A stretch of DNA of 63,117 nt, counting the filler, from Anaerolineae bacterium (GTDB lineage: Bacteria; Chloroflexota; Anaerolineae; Epilineales; Epilineaceae): NCBI GenBank assembly GCA_029262755.1. It is 6 parts of 6 records of this genome, joined end to end, with 100 filler letters (N's around TTAATTAATTAA, not from the genome) between each part and the next. Parts side by side here need not be neighbours in the genome. Positions count along the whole stretch, not along the records: positions 8,768 to 21,432 come from JAJCYU010000277.1; 5 more parts are not named here. One strand, 5' to 3'. The notes under the pieces were generated by a model. That model saw only the letters and a program-made list of their open reading frames with translations, searched no databases and was not told the DNA's origin. A program made the position numbers and the translations under genes. Below, one piece after another: positions 10,632 to 20,985 of this stretch; within the stretch, counting starts at the first letter, position 1; each line of letters opens with the position of its first letter.

Positions 10632-11330
10632 CTAGCCGTCGAAGCGGTAGCCGACGCCGCGAACCGTCGAAATGCGAGTCGGGTTGGAGGCGTCGAGCTC
10701 GATCTTCTGCCGAAGCCAGCGCACGTGGACGTCCACCGTGCGGCTGTCCCCGGCGTAGTCATAGCCCCAGTGTTTCTCGAGCAGGAGATCTCGGCTGAGG
10801 ACTACGTTTGGGTTGCCCATCAGCGCCGCGAGGAGGTTAAACTCCTTGTGGGTCAGGTCAATCTCCGCCCCGGCCAGCGTCACGCGTCGGCTGATCAGGT
10901 CGACGCACAGGTCGCCCGACTCGAGTACGGTCTGCCTGGTTGCCGGCCTCCGGCGCAGCAGTGCGCGCACGCGGGCCAGCAGCTCGCCCGTGCTGAACGG
11001 CTTGGTGACATAGTCGTCGGCTCCGGACTCCAGCCCCACGATCTTGTCCAAGTCGCCCGTGCGTGCCGAAAGCATCAGTACCGGTGTATCTACCTCCGCA
11101 TTGCGCAACGCTCGGCACGCGGAGAGCCCGTCGATTCCGGGCAGCATGACGTCCAGCACGATGAGGTCCGGCGGATCGCGCCGCACGTGCTCCACCAGCC
11201 CGTTCGCGTCCGACAGCTCTTCCACGCCAAAGCCATGCGACGCCAAGCCCTGACCCAGCGTCTCCCGCAACGTACGGTCGTCCTCGACGATCAGGATACG
11301 CTGCAGGCCGGTTGCGGAGGCGTCGATCAT
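10632..11330 (-). CDS. OmpR/PhoB family response regulator
   Basis: ILIVEDD, LDVMLPG, GADDYVTKPF, SRTVDVHVRWLRQKIE, TVRGVGYRF. Confidence 0.95.
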   Translation of the reverse strand: MIDASATGLQRILIVEDDRTLRETLGQGLASHGFGVEELSDANGLVEHVRRDPPDLIVLDVMLPGIDGLSACRALRNAEVDTPVLMLSARTGDLDKIVGLESGADDYVTKPFSTGELLARVRALLRRRPATRQTVLESGDLCVDLISRRVTLAGAEIDLTHKEFNLLAALMGNPNVVLSRDLLLEKHWGYDYAGDSRTVDVHVRWLRQKIELDASNPTRISTVRGVGYRFDG

Positions 11331-11557
11331 GAGAGTCCGGTGGTGACAAGGGCGCGAGAGCCAGGTCCTGGCATGGCTCTTCGGGAGGGCGTGCGGGGAC
11401 GTAGCAAGTATAGGAGGGATTGGGCACCGGGCTGACGGGGCTGTGTTAAATCATCTTCGTGTGACGTGGACGCGATTATCAAGCCACGTCGTTGAACCCG
11501 CTTCCTACTCCCATCGCACAGGCAGCCCAATGCTTTGCGTCCCCGACGCGCTTACCC

Positions 11558-12733
11558 CTACGGCAAGTCGAGAAAGGGCGGTCCGAACACCGGACCGGCC
11601 GGCGCTTTCGACGCCGCCGACGCCCCGGCCGCCTCTACGCCGGCGACATCCACCGCGACTTCGCCGCACGCCGCGCGGCCCAAGGGCAAGCCGAGGACCT
11701 CGATCTGGCTCGGCGGCTCGAAGCCGTCCGCGCAATGCAGGGCGCGTACGGTCGTGCTCGTAGTCAGCGCGTCGGCGGGGACAGGGTCGGCGCGCAGCTG
11801 CAGGTGGGCGAACATCGCGTCGCGGGCGTGGAGGTGTGGTCCGCGCTCTCGGACGGCCGGCAGGCGCTTGAGCGAGACCGTGCCGTAGACGTTGCCTCCG
11901 ATGGCGAGGATCACGCCGGCAGGTTCATCGACGGCCACGACGATGTCGCAGTGCATGCGGGCAGCGCGGCCTTGCTGCTTGCGCCGCTGATCGACCGTCT
12001 CGTAGCCCGAACGGGTGCCGCTGCACAGAAGGTCGCCGGGGCCGGTTGCCGCCTCGCCGAGGTCGTAGGCCACGTAGGCGCTGCTGGGCGCTTGCCCGTC
12101 ACGGGCCTCGATGGCTTGGTCGACGTAGGTCCGGTGGGCGATCGAGTGCCGGAACGTACTGCGCTCACCCAGGCCGGATTCGCACATGACCCAGGAGACG
12201 AAGGCCGCCGACCAAGGATCGCGCCAGCGCGCGTACTGGCCCTCGGCGCGGTTCCAGAGTTCGTCCTGCCGCTCCAGCGCCCAGTCCGCGCCGGGCGTCG
12301 CGGCCCAATAGCCTGCGATAGACGGCGCGAGGCGTTCGAAGGCCGCCACGCGCTCGGGCGTGTAGCCACGGCGCCAGCTCCGTGAGCCGGACGAGCCGCC
12401 GAAGCTTCGTCGGGCAGCAGCACGATCGATCGTGCGGTCCGTGACCGAGAAGCCGAAGAACGCCCACTCCTGCACGGCTGCATCCACGATCCGATGCCGC
12501 GCGGACGCGAGCGGAAGGGCGGGGCAGGCGGTGGACGCAACGCGAAGCGCGCCGAGCTCGCCCGCCACGCGCTCGGACGGTGCGGCAAGGTCGAGGGTCG
12601 TGCTCGGCAAGCGCTCGACGAAGGGTGTGGGGGATTGCGCGTGGGTCGTCGCGGGACCGGCCGCCAGGCCGAGCAATACGGCGAGGCACGTGAAGGCACA
12701 TGTCCGGGTACGGGAACGCAGCATCGTCATCAT
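11558..12733 (-). CDS. Secreted DUF2272-domain (CHAP-like fold) protein
   Basis: Signal peptide; AVQEWAFFG, PWSAAFVSWVM, GDLLC, HCDIVV, AIGGNV. Start codon uncertain. Confidence 0.75.
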   Translation of the reverse strand: MMTMLRSRTRTCAFTCLAVLLGLAAGPATTHAQSPTPFVERLPSTTLDLAAPSERVAGELGALRVASTACPALPLASARHRIVDAAVQEWAFFGFSVTDRTIDRAAARRSFGGSSGSRSWRRGYTPERVAAFERLAPSIAGYWAATPGADWALERQDELWNRAEGQYARWRDPWSAAFVSWVMCESGLGERSTFRHSIAHRTYVDQAIEARDGQAPSSAYVAYDLGEAATGPGDLLCSGTRSGYETVDQRRKQQGRAARMHCDIVVAVDEPAGVILAIGGNVYGTVSLKRLPAVRERGPHLHARDAMFAHLQLRADPVPADALTTSTTVRALHCADGFEPPSQIEVLGLPLGRAACGEVAVDVAGVEAAGASAASKAPAGPVFGPPFLDLP

Positions 12734-12930
12734 GGGATATCCATCCGTGGCGCAGGGGCGGAGCACGGCGGGCTTCATGATAGGGACACGGGCGATCCGA
12801 AACGGTAGGGGCGCGTAAAATCTCTATGGTCGCGTGTCGACATAACGGCGGCGGTTGGGTCCACGCGACGTCCACGTGGCGGCGTGCGGTTCGAACGACG
12901 TATGGACGAGAATCGGGCACTGTCTTGCCC

Positions 12931-14793
12931 CTAGCTGCCAACTTCCTTCGGATCGCCCCAACACGACACCCATCCGTCTGTGCGCAGGCCGCAGCTGAAG
13001 CCCCAGCCCGAGACCACGTCTTGGAAAGTGCCGTAGGGTGGATCGGCCTCACCGCCCTCCGGCTCGATGTCGAAGACGTGGCATGCGACCGTTCGGACTT
13101 CGCGAATCGCGCATACGTGCCCCGTTCCGGTGCTGATGGCCTGATTGGCGCCAATCCCAAAACCCGGCGGAAGCACAGGACCGTTGGCCGGATTACCGCC
13201 CCAGCACAGCAGTGAACCATCGGTCCGAACGCCGCACGTGTAATCGTCTCCGGTGCGGACCGTGCGAAACGTTCCTTCCGGGGACCCGGCTTGTCTCGCG
13301 TGGTTGCTGCCCCAGCACGCGAGCCGGCCGTCCGTCGCGACTGCGCACGCATGTCCAGGGTCGACGCTACTTAGGTCCAGCGCGACGAACGTTCCGTCCG
13401 GTGGATCCAACATGTCCGCATCGCCGCGCCCCCAACATTGGATCGACTGATCTAACGTGAGCGCGCAGCTACTCATCATGCCGACCGAGACTGCGGAGAA
13501 GCGGCCTTTGGGCGGCGCAGCCGCACCGTCCGTATCGCGGCCCCAGCATGTGATCGCGCCGTCGGTTCGAACAGCGCATCCGTGGCGTGGGCCAATGCTT
13601 AGTTGAACGAATAAGCCTGCCGCCGTCGGAGGTAGATCGCGCTCGCCCCGGCCCCAGCACCGCACGCTGCCATCCGTGAGGATTCCGCAGGCATCCGTCT
13701 TCGCGACGTCGATCTGAAGAAACGCGCCTGGCGGCGGCAAGGTCCCTGTGCTCCGGTAGGTCGGCGAAGACCATCAGACCAGCTCCCCTCCAGACAGGAT
13801 GGCACACGTGCTGCTTTTCCATCCGTCGCTGCGACCTCCGTGGGACAGACGCTCGATTCGACTACCGGGCGCGTGGACTTCCGCGATCCACAGCTCGTTC
13901 CAACAGAGTAGGGCGCCGTCGGAACGCAGCCCGCACGCATCGTCAACACCCATGCTGATATGCGTGAAGGTCCCCGGCGGCGGCGGCAGGTCCCCGATCA
14001 CCGCCAGCTTCCAGCAGGCGAGCGTGCCGTCGTATCGAATTCCGCATGCACGGCTGGTGCCGGCCGCAATGGTGCGGAAGGCACCGGCCGGCGGCGTAGG
14101 CACGTAGAGCCCCCAACACTCTACACCGCCATCGGAACGGATCGCGCACGAGAAGGTCGTGCCCGATACGAGTCCGGAGAAACCGCTTCCGCTAGGAGCG
14201 TCAAAGGGGTCGCCCAGGAGATCCCAACACGAAATCGCGCCACCGACATGCAACGCGCACGCGTGATTGTGGCCGGCGCGCACGAGCATCATGTCTTCGC
14301 CGGGCACGGGGATCTCCATCTCGCCTTCCCCTCGCGCGCCAAGGTGCCAACAGGCCGCACTCCCCGATCGCCCGAGCGCGCACGCAAGCTCTCCGCCGAC
14401 CGAGATCTGGCGGTATTCGCCGGAGGGAACGCGCGGGACGGGTCTACGTTCCACGAGGCTGAAGCACTCGACGAATCCCCCGCGTCGTAGCCCGCACGTC
14501 AGCGGTCGCTCGCTATCGCCGCCGACGCTCACGTCGATCCACGCCCCGGGGATGCCCACCGGTCGTGGGCTCGCGTCGCGCAACACCTGGGGCAGGAACG
14601 CGCAATGCCCGGTGCGCAGCAGCGTGCCGTTGGGCCCGCGTCGCACGCACGTCGCCTGCGCCGACGCCGAGCTTGTAGCCAGGGCGAGGGCAAGGACCGC
14701 AGCGAGCAGCGCCACGGGGAGGGCACCGGTGACGGCCGATCGGCGGCCGAGTGCGGGAGCGGCGCGCGTCGGGTCGGGGCGGACTTCGTTCAT
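12931..14793 (-). pseudogene. Secreted RCC1/BLIP-II-like beta-propeller repeat protein split by one in-frame TGA (pseudogene, error or readthrough)
   Basis: ORFs 13774-14793 and 12931-13740 are in the same frame, 11 sense codons apart; continuous (H/T)xCxxxxDGxxxCWG repeats; the TGA at 13774-13776 replaces the Cys of a CW motif. Confidence 0.8.
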
Positions 14794-15409
14794 GGCGTGG
14801 GGCCTTGGGTGGGTGGTTGCCGGTGGCGAGGGCAGAGGTGTAGACCCGGGTGCCGCGTCTTGGACGAGCCACCTCGGACAGCAAGCGGAGTGCCGCTACT
14901 CCTGCATGCGGTCGAGCTAGTGATCGAGGACGGTCACGACGATGTCCGTTCGGCGGACCATAGCGCCGCTTCCGCGCAGCCAGTATGCCTCCGCGCTGCC
15001 ATCGAGCTGCAGTGGCGCTTCCTTGGTGAAGGCGCCCTGCCCTCGGCAGACTCGTGCGTCCCGGGCGTCGATGTCGGGGTTGGAGCTTTCGAGGCGGAGA
15101 GGCCGATCTTCGTAGTTTCGCTCGTGCCGCGCCGCGCGTCGAAACGATCCGTATTGGGCGCGGGGCCCCGCGTGACGCATGATGGAACGGTGGATGGGCG
15201 TACGAGAGCCATAAACGGCGAGCTGCCGCCGCCCTGCGCGCGTGAAATTCTGCCCAGTAACCGGCCCGCGTCTTGGTGATGGCGCCGCCGGATGATTCGG
15301 TCTCAGTCCGTGAGCGACCCGGAGGGCCGCGTTGTCACCTGGAGCACGAGCATAACCGGTCGGACCCAGCAGGGGCGATCCGAGAAGCACAACGGAAAGG
15401 CATGCCTCC

Positions 15410-15793
15410 ATGCGCAACACGCCCACGTTCACCGAATCCTACCCTATTCAAGAAGATGTCATGGCCCTGCCCGTCAAAGACCTCGACGCCACGTCGGAGT
15501 GGTACTGCGAGCACTTCAACATGACGGAGGTCGAACGGCGCAAGAAGCCGAACAAGGCCGTCATCCTCGAGCGCGATGGCGTCCGGATCGGCTTTGCGAT
15601 CAACGGCGACAATCCCATCCACGATGGCGCCTCCATTCTCGTCGCCAACCTCCTCGGGCTCCGAAAGGAACTCGAGGCCAAGGGCCTCAAGAACGGCAGC
15701 TGGCGCGTCGACGAGCGCGACGGCCGCAAGTACCAGGTCCTGCTGCTCGCGGTGCCGGACGGCTTGTCCTTCTACTTCCACGAGCCGCTCTAA
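15410..15793 (+). CDS. VOC/glyoxalase-like protein
   Basis: ALPVKDLDATSEWY and PDGLSFYFHE patterns; 127 aa. Confidence 0.75.
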   Translation: MRNTPTFTESYPIQEDVMALPVKDLDATSEWYCEHFNMTEVERRKKPNKAVILERDGVRIGFAINGDNPIHDGASILVANLLGLRKELEAKGLKNGSWRVDERDGRKYQVLLLAVPDGLSFYFHEPL

Positions 15794-16017
15794 ACTTGAT
15801 GGCGGGACCAGCCTCACGATCGGCGTCGAGACTTCAACTGCATCCAACGCCGCGCTTCGACGGCGCCGCAGGACACTCTGACTGGGTACAACGCTTCGAG
15901 CTGATTCACAACGCCACTCCAAATGCGGGCTGCCGACCCAACTCACGGGAATCCAGATCTCTCACGTGACTACTCGTGTCGATGAGGATGGCCCCAGCGC
16001 CATCCCGCCGCCGATCA

Positions 16018-16431
16018 TCAACCCCTTCGCCAATCCTCGACCCGCAGTTCGTCAAAGATCGTGAAATCGCGCACGTTGCGCGACACCAGCGTCAATTGGT
16101 TGACCGCTGCGATGGCTGCGATCTGTCCGTCCACGAAGGGGGGCGTGCGGCCGATGGCCGACAGTCTTGCGCGTTCGCGCGCATGCCACTCGGCTGCGCG
16201 GGCGTCGTACTCCAGGATGGGCAGCTCGAGGTAGATCACCCTCAAGTAGTCGGTGAGGAAGTCGCGGCGCCGTGAATCAGGCAAGCGAAAGCAGCCGCAC
16301 CACAGCTCGTGCCACACGGGCGCGCCGGTGGCGATCTGACCGGCGTATGTCTCGAGGCGATCGAGGATGGCTGGGTCGGGGCGCCCGCGCACGGGCTCCG
16401 AGAGAACGTTGGTGTCGAGCAGGAAGCGCAT
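16018..16431 (-). CDS. Type II toxin, VapC/PIN-domain ribonuclease
   Basis: MRFLLDTNVLSE, HEL, DGQIAAIA, LVSRNVRDF. Confidence 0.93.
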   Translation of the reverse strand: MRFLLDTNVLSEPVRGRPDPAILDRLETYAGQIATGAPVWHELWCGCFRLPDSRRRDFLTDYLRVIYLELPILEYDARAAEWHARERARLSAIGRTPPFVDGQIAAIAAVNQLTLVSRNVRDFTIFDELRVEDWRRG

Positions 16432-16715
16432 CAGTCCTCGTACCTGAAGTCACGGCCAGGCGATGGGTCACGAGGGAAAAGCGTGTCGGGATCGCTATCG
16501 GACCCGTCGATCTTGTAGCGCGCGCGCACCTCGCGAACGGCTTGGGCAAGACTGGTGCGTGGCTGCTCCGTCAGGCGACGGAACTCGTCGGCCGAGACCA
16601 ACACCACGACCGGTTGACCGCGGCGTGTCAGCTCGATGGGCTCGCCCTGCTCTGCCGCACGCACCAGCTTGGACAGGTTGTTGCGTGCCTCGGCGATGGA
16701 TACCTGTTGGCGCAT
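16431..16715 (-). CDS. Type II antitoxin, Phd/YefM family
   Basis: VSIAEARNNLSKLVRAAEQGEPIELTRRGQPVVVLVS; stop overlaps the toxin start. Confidence 0.93.
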   Translation of the reverse strand: MRQQVSIAEARNNLSKLVRAAEQGEPIELTRRGQPVVVLVSADEFRRLTEQPRTSLAQAVREVRARYKIDGSDSDPDTLFPRDPSPGRDFRYED

Positions 16716-16740
16716 GCTTTACCTCCGCTGGACTCGGAGC

Positions 16741-16792
16741 GCCATCTAGATGGCTATCTCGATGAGTATAGGTCGCGCGGCGAGGGGGGCAA
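16741..16792 (-). promoter_or_regulatory. Toxin-antitoxin promoter with palindromic operator
   Basis: Minus strand TTGCCC-N16-TATACT (16787-16792, 16765-16770); perfect palindrome GCCATCTAGATGGC at 16741-16754. Confidence 0.65.
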
Positions 16793-16901
16793 GGGTCTTC
16801 ACTCCCACAGAGTCGCTGCCAGCACGAGCGGTTGAATCCCACATCCGCGGCGAGTTGTGCCTGTGGTGGCTATAGCACATCGCTCAAGGCATCCTACCCG
16901 A

Positions 16902-19900
16902 ATGACCAACGCCTTCATCAGCTACGCCCACGCCGACGCCGCCTTCGCCAACCGCCTCGCCACCGCGCTGCCCGGGCTGGGCATCGAGCCGTGGATCGAC
17001 CGCGACGGGATTCACGGCGGCGCACGCTGGAGCTCATCGATCCAGCAGGCGCTACGTTCGTCCGACGTGCTCATCCTCGTCCTGACTCCAGCAGCCATGG
17101 CCTCGTCGAATGTCGAGGACGAATGGCAGTACGCGCTCGACAAGGGCAAGCCGGTGCTGCCGGTGCTGGTCGAGCCGACCGATGTGCACTTCCAGCTCGG
17201 GCGGATTCAGTACACGGACTTCCATGGGCAGCCCTTCGAGACGGCGCTGGCGCAATTGGCCGAAAGCGTGCGACGGGCACTCGAGAGCGTGGGAGGGCCA
17301 GGTGCCCGGGGAGCCGGTGACGACCTTGGGGACGGCAGTGATCACGGTTCCCCGAGCGACCGTGCCTCCGCCGAAGGGACACGCGCCGGCCACGGCGCCG
17401 CGCGCTCCATCGGCCCGCCCTCCGGCACCGTCACCTTCCTGTTCACCGACATCGAGGGCAGCACCGAGCGCTGGGATGTGTTCCCCGACGCAATGCGCGT
17501 CGCCTTGGAGCGGCACGACGTTCTGATGCGCACGGCGGTCGCCCAGAACGGGGGGCACGTCTTCAAGACCGTGGGCGACGCGTTCTGCGCGGCCTTCGCC
17601 ACCGCCGGTGCCGGGCTGGCCGCCGCGATCGACGCGCAGCGGTCCATCGTCGCCGAGGACTGGTCGGCCTACGGCGAGGGTTTCTCGCCGATCCTCGTCC
17701 GCATGGGGCTGCACACGGGCGAAGCAACCGAACGGGGTGGCGACTACTATGGGCAGCCGGTGAACCGGGTGGCGCGTCTGGAGTCGGCGGGGCACGGGGG
17801 CCAAGTGCTGTTGTCCGCGCCGACCTATCACATCGTGCGCGAGCATCTGCCTGAAGGTTGCATGCTCCTCGACCGCGGCGAGCACCGGCTGAAGGACCTG
17901 CGCCAAAGCGAGCACATCTTCCAGCTCGAGGGACCCGGTCTGCCCAATGTCTCGACCCCGCCCGTCACCGCCGAGGCGCTGCACCCGCGCGACCGCGTGC
18001 GCGTCGTCGAGCCTGAGTCGGGCGAGCGAGATCGCACGGCCGACGCCGCCGACGACGTCGACGGCACCAGCGACCCGGCCGCGGACCCCGCAAACCCCTG
18101 GTCGCGCCTCGAAGCCACCGTTCTCTCCAATGAGGGCGAGTCCGTCACCCTCACGCCGGCCGAAGCCCAGGCGCTCGCCCGCCACAAGCCGGCCGTTTGG
18201 CGCGAGTACCGCCTGGGCCGCATCGCCGAGTGGAGCCAGCCGCGCTTCCGTCTCGACGGCCGCTTCGTCGGGCTGTCGTTGCTCATCGACCAGGGCGAGG
18301 AGGCGGTGCAGGGTCGGTGGCAGGCGAAGGAGGAACAATACGATGATCTCGGCGAGCTCCTAGACGGCACGGACGACCCGGCGGTCGTGGTGCTCGGCCC
18401 GCCGGGTGGCGGCAAGAGCACGCTGCTACGGCGGCTTGAGCTGGACACGGCGATCGCCGGCCTGCGCGGCGAGGGCGACTCGGCCGATCGGGTCACCTTC
18501 TTCATCTCGCTCAATACCTATAAGCCGATCCGGCCCGGCGACCCGGTGCCAGCTCCCGGCGAGTGGCTCTCCGACCGCTGGGCCACCCGCTCCCCCGATC
18601 TCCCACCGCTCGGCGATCTGCTCGCCGAGGGCCGAGTCACGCTCCTTCTCGACGCGCTCAACGAGATGCCGTCGGCCGGCGAGTCCGACTTTCATGAGCG
18701 GGTCGGCTTATGGAAGGACTGGCTCGTGCAGCTGGCCGGCGCGCACTCGGGCAACCGGGTGGTCTTCAGCTGCCGCAGCCTCGACTACAGCCAGTCGCTC
18801 TCGACCCCGGATCTGCGCGTGCCGCAGGTTCGGATCGAGCCGCTGAGCGACGAGCAGGTCGAGGACTTTCTCGCGCTCTACAGCCCTGGCCACCATCGCG
18901 AGATCTGGCAAGACCTCGAAGGCAGCCCGCAGCTCGAAGTCCTTCGCAGCCCGTACTTCCTGGCGCTCTTGGTTGAGCAGGTCGACGCCAGCGGCGAGAT
19001 GCCTGCCGGCCGGGCCGGGCTCTTCACGGGCTTCGTGCGCCAGGCTCTCAGGCGGGAGGTTGAGCGTGGCGGCGAGCAGTTCAAGCCCGGTGCGCTTCTG
19101 GCCGGCCGGGACCTAAAGCGATTGACCGCATGGAAGTGGAAGGGCCCGTACGATCTGCCGGAGCGGGGACTCCTGATCCCGAAGCTCGCCTCGTTCGCGC
19201 ACGCGATGCAATCCGACCGTGCCGACGGCGAGCGGTCGCAGGTGCGGATCGACGTCGACGATGCACTCGAGCTGCTCGATGATCCGAACGACGAGGCGCT
19301 CCTGGCGGCCGGTGAGGCGCTGGCGGTGCTGGACGAGGATCATGCGGCCGATGAGCTGATGTACATCCATCAGCTGGTGCAGGAGTACTTCGCGGCACGG
19401 CTGCTTGCGCGGGAGCCGGACCCGGAGCTGGTGAGCGTGGAGTGGCGAGCCGCGAGCATCTCGCCGAGCGTCGAGGATGTGATCGATCAGCTCGATCCCG
19501 CGGATTCGCTGCCTTCCCTGCCCGGCACCGGGTGGGAGGAGACGACGATCCTGGCGGCGGCGATGAGCGACGACGCCCCGGCGCTCCTGCGCGGGGTGAT
19601 GCAGACCAACCTAGCGCTTGCGGGCCGCGCGGCGGCGCAGCCGGAGCTGCTGCCGCAATTGCCGAAGGAACTGCTTGACGAGCTCCGTTGGGCGGTGGTG
19701 CATCGCAGCCGTGACGGTGCAGCGGACCTGCGCGACCGGATCGCGTGCGCGCACGTCCTCGGTGATCTCGGAGATCCGCGCCTCGAGCGCCGCACAGGGC
19801 CGCACGGTGAGTATTTGCTGCCGCCGCTGGTCGAGATCCCCGCCGGGACGTATCCGATCGGGGACGACGAGCCGATCACGACCCCAGGGGGGACGTGGAC

Positions 19901-20831
19901 CGACCACGTGCCGCGCCACGAGGTTCAGATCGAAGCCTTCGAGATCGGCCAGTTCCCGGTCACCAACGCCGAGTGGCGATGCTTCCAGGAGGCCGGTGGC
20001 TACGAGCATGAGCGCTGGTGGGACACCGAGGCCGGCCGGGCGTGGCGGCGAGGCGAGAACACGGCGGCGGGAATCCATGCTGGGGTGAAGTGGTTCGTGT
20101 CCCGTTGTCGAGCGCGACTAGAGACGATGGACGATCTTCTCGCTGCCGGGACCTGGGATGAGGAGATGTACCAACGCGCGCAGCGGCGACTGGCGATGAG
20201 CGAGGACGAACTGGACGCGCATCTGCGTGAGCTCTACCCGGGTGGTCGTCACACGGAGCCGGCGTTCTGGCGCGATTCACGGTTCAACCAACCATCCCAG
20301 CCGGTGGTCGGCATCAGCTGGTACGAGGCGAGGGCGTACGTAAGCTGGCTCTCTGCGCAATCAGGGAGTGCCTTCCGGCTTCCGACGGAGGTCGAATGGG
20401 AGGCGGCGGCACGGGGCGGGGCCGGAAGACGCTTTGCCTACGGTGACGACTTCAATACGCTCAGCGGCAACACGGCTGAGACGCACATCCGTCAGACGAC
20501 ACCGATCGGCGTGTTCCCGGATGGCGACACATCCGAGGGGGTTGCAGGCCTGACCGGCAACGTCTATGAGTGGACGTCGAGCGCGTACGGGGAGGATCTG
20601 GATGCCACGGAGTTCCCATACCCCTATGATCCACTTGATGATCGAGAGGATCCTGAGGCACCGGCCGGGTGCCAGCGGGTGTCGCGCGGCGGTTCGTGGA
20701 TCGGCGTTCAAACGAACGCGCTGGCTGCGTACCGTGCCGACGCTCATCCGGCCGACCGTATTCTCAACTACGGCTTCCGGGTGGTGGTGTGCCGTAGCGC
20801 CTTCCTGTCCTCCCCGGATTCTGAGTCCTGA
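16902..20831 (+). CDS. TIR + class III adenylate/guanylate cyclase + NACHT NTPase + FGE-sulfatase (CLec fold) protein
   Basis: AFISYAHAD...SNVEDEW (TIR); FLFTDIEGST, KTVGDAF, RMGLHTG, VNRVARL (cyclase); GPPGGGKST and LLLDALNEM (NACHT Walker A/B); FPVTNAEW, PVVGISWYEA, FRLPTEVEWEAAA, GNVYEW, RGGSW, GFRVV (FGE-sulfatase). Confidence 0.93.
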   Translation: MTNAFISYAHADAAFANRLATALPGLGIEPWIDRDGIHGGARWSSSIQQALRSSDVLILVLTPAAMASSNVEDEWQYALDKGKPVLPVLVEPTDVHFQLGRIQYTDFHGQPFETALAQLAESVRRALESVGGPGARGAGDDLGDGSDHGSPSDRASAEGTRAGHGAARSIGPPSGTVTFLFTDIEGSTERWDVFPDAMRVALERHDVLMRTAVAQNGGHVFKTVGDAFCAAFATAGAGLAAAIDAQRSIVAEDWSAYGEGFSPILVRMGLHTGEATERGGDYYGQPVNRVARLESAGHGGQVLLSAPTYHIVREHLPEGCMLLDRGEHRLKDLRQSEHIFQLEGPGLPNVSTPPVTAEALHPRDRVRVVEPESGERDRTADAADDVDGTSDPAADPANPWSRLEATVLSNEGESVTLTPAEAQALARHKPAVWREYRLGRIAEWSQPRFRLDGRFVGLSLLIDQGEEAVQGRWQAKEEQYDDLGELLDGTDDPAVVVLGPPGGGKSTLLRRLELDTAIAGLRGEGDSADRVTFFISLNTYKPIRPGDPVPAPGEWLSDRWATRSPDLPPLGDLLAEGRVTLLLDALNEMPSAGESDFHERVGLWKDWLVQLAGAHSGNRVVFSCRSLDYSQSLSTPDLRVPQVRIEPLSDEQVEDFLALYSPGHHREIWQDLEGSPQLEVLRSPYFLALLVEQVDASGEMPAGRAGLFTGFVRQALRREVERGGEQFKPGALLAGRDLKRLTAWKWKGPYDLPERGLLIPKLASFAHAMQSDRADGERSQVRIDVDDALELLDDPNDEALLAAGEALAVLDEDHAADELMYIHQLVQEYFAARLLAREPDPELVSVEWRAASISPSVEDVIDQLDPADSLPSLPGTGWEETTILAAAMSDDAPALLRGVMQTNLALAGRAAAQPELLPQLPKELLDELRWAVVHRSRDGAADLRDRIACAHVLGDLGDPRLERRTGPHGEYLLPPLVEIPAGTYPIGDDEPITTPGGTWTDHVPRHEVQIEAFEIGQFPVTNAEWRCFQEAGGYEHERWWDTEAGRAWRRGENTAAGIHAGVKWFVSRCRARLETMDDLLAAGTWDEEMYQRAQRRLAMSEDELDAHLRELYPGGRHTEPAFWRDSRFNQPSQPVVGISWYEARAYVSWLSAQSGSAFRLPTEVEWEAAARGGAGRRFAYGDDFNTLSGNTAETHIRQTTPIGVFPDGDTSEGVAGLTGNVYEWTSSAYGEDLDATEFPYPYDPLDDREDPEAPAGCQRVSRGGSWIGVQTNALAAYRADAHPADRILNYGFRVVVCRSAFLSSPDSES
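20676..20789 (+). other. Candidate DGR variable region (VR)
   Basis: RVSRGGSW...GFRVV frame in which the canonically Asn positions carry NNY codons (ATC GGC GTT; GCC GAC GCT; GCC GAC; ATT CTC AAC TAC). Confidence 0.6.
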
Positions 20832-20868
20832 CTTTCTGATTTCTGAAGTTCTGAGCTTCTGAATCCTG
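20819..20868 (+). repeat. Short tandem repeat of (T/C)CTGA with 7-8 nt period, about 7 copies
   Basis: TTCTGAGTCCTGACTTTCTGATTTCTGAAGTTCTGAGCTTCTGAATCCTG spans the stop codon. Confidence 0.8.
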
Positions 20869-20985
20869 CTGTTGCAGTTGTTGTGAGGCTGTAGCCTGAG
20901 CCGACGCCAGGCGGCGGCGTTAACCGCGATGCGGATTCGGAGCCATCTGTCAAAGCGCTCTGGCGCCTTGAGGGTCGAGAACAAG

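Noticed and set aside
11431..11470. Pho box upstream of the response regulator
   Set aside because: TTAACA/GTCACA-like half-sites are not at the expected 11-bp spacing.
14917..15432. 171-aa minus-strand ORF
   Set aside because: Overlaps the VOC gene start and has no recognisable motif; its 3' part could be a gene fragment but I cannot support that.
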